A DNA stretch of 64,000 nucleotides from the IMG/VR virus record IMGVR_UViG_3300037805_000894; one strand, 5' to 3'. Source of the DNA: a virus. Position 1 is the first letter of the stretch. Every line of letters starts with the position of its first letter. The translations under genes and the position numbers were made by a program. Positions 63,743 through 64,000 of the stretch are shown piece after piece. The notes under the pieces were generated by a model that worked only from the letters and a program-made list of their open reading frames with translations, was not told where the DNA came from and ran no database searches.

Positions 63743-64000
63743 TTGATTACTCCTATTTAAGGTTAAAGAAAAAAACAGGCAGATGAATCATCCTGTTTCG
63801 TTGGGGTTAGTTATCTTACCCACCTGACCCAACTATCTCCTTGCAGGAGTAGTTTTATTTAGCTTCCCCCCATAGGGATCTAAATTTACCTTTTACCTTC
63901 ATCCAGTAATATACATACTTACATATGTTACATATGCACGGTTTCACCTCCTTTCGGAACGCTCTGAGCTTAAGATCTGTTTATACTCGCTCAGACGAGT

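Noticed and set aside
1-64000. Stop-codon reassignment as seen in some large phages
   Set aside because: The standard code gives dense, full-length genes, and TAA, TAG and TGA all terminate well-defined genes (e.g. MCP with TAG, paralog B with TGA).

Overview
This window is a 64 kb internal segment of a large, AT-rich, contractile-tailed (myovirus-type) bacteriophage genome. I found no cellular housekeeping genes, tRNAs or CRISPR arrays. Left to right it contains: (1) a + strand head module of acidic and basic inner-head/scaffold proteins rich in K-x-A motifs, a prohead protease, a cement protein and the major capsid protein; (2) two ~1400-aa paralogs that fuse a head-tail adaptor-like domain to a glycoside-hydrolase-like body, followed by neck, sheath and tube genes; (3) a - strand operon with replication genes (MTase-like, SF2 helicase, AEP primase-DnaB helicase, SSB-like, PD-(D/E)XK nuclease) that ends in a complete ubiquitin-like conjugation cassette: E2-domain protein, Ubl, JAB/JAMM peptidase and E1/ThiF; (4) a class II ribonucleotide reductase; (5) a tail chaperone with a -1 frameshift site, tape measure, hub, a sigma factor, baseplate wedge proteins and a 3135-aa multidomain baseplate/adhesin protein; (6) a - strand early-type region with a repeated CTAAA-N16/17-GG(T/C)ATAAA promoter, an i-type-like lysozyme, micro-ORFs, two candidate structured RNAs and a T7-like family A DNA polymerase. 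The strongest candidate for a new system is the phage-encoded E1-E2-Ubl-JAB cassette (22648-26403), whose catalytic motifs are all intact. All assignments come from reading motifs by eye; no database searches were run.
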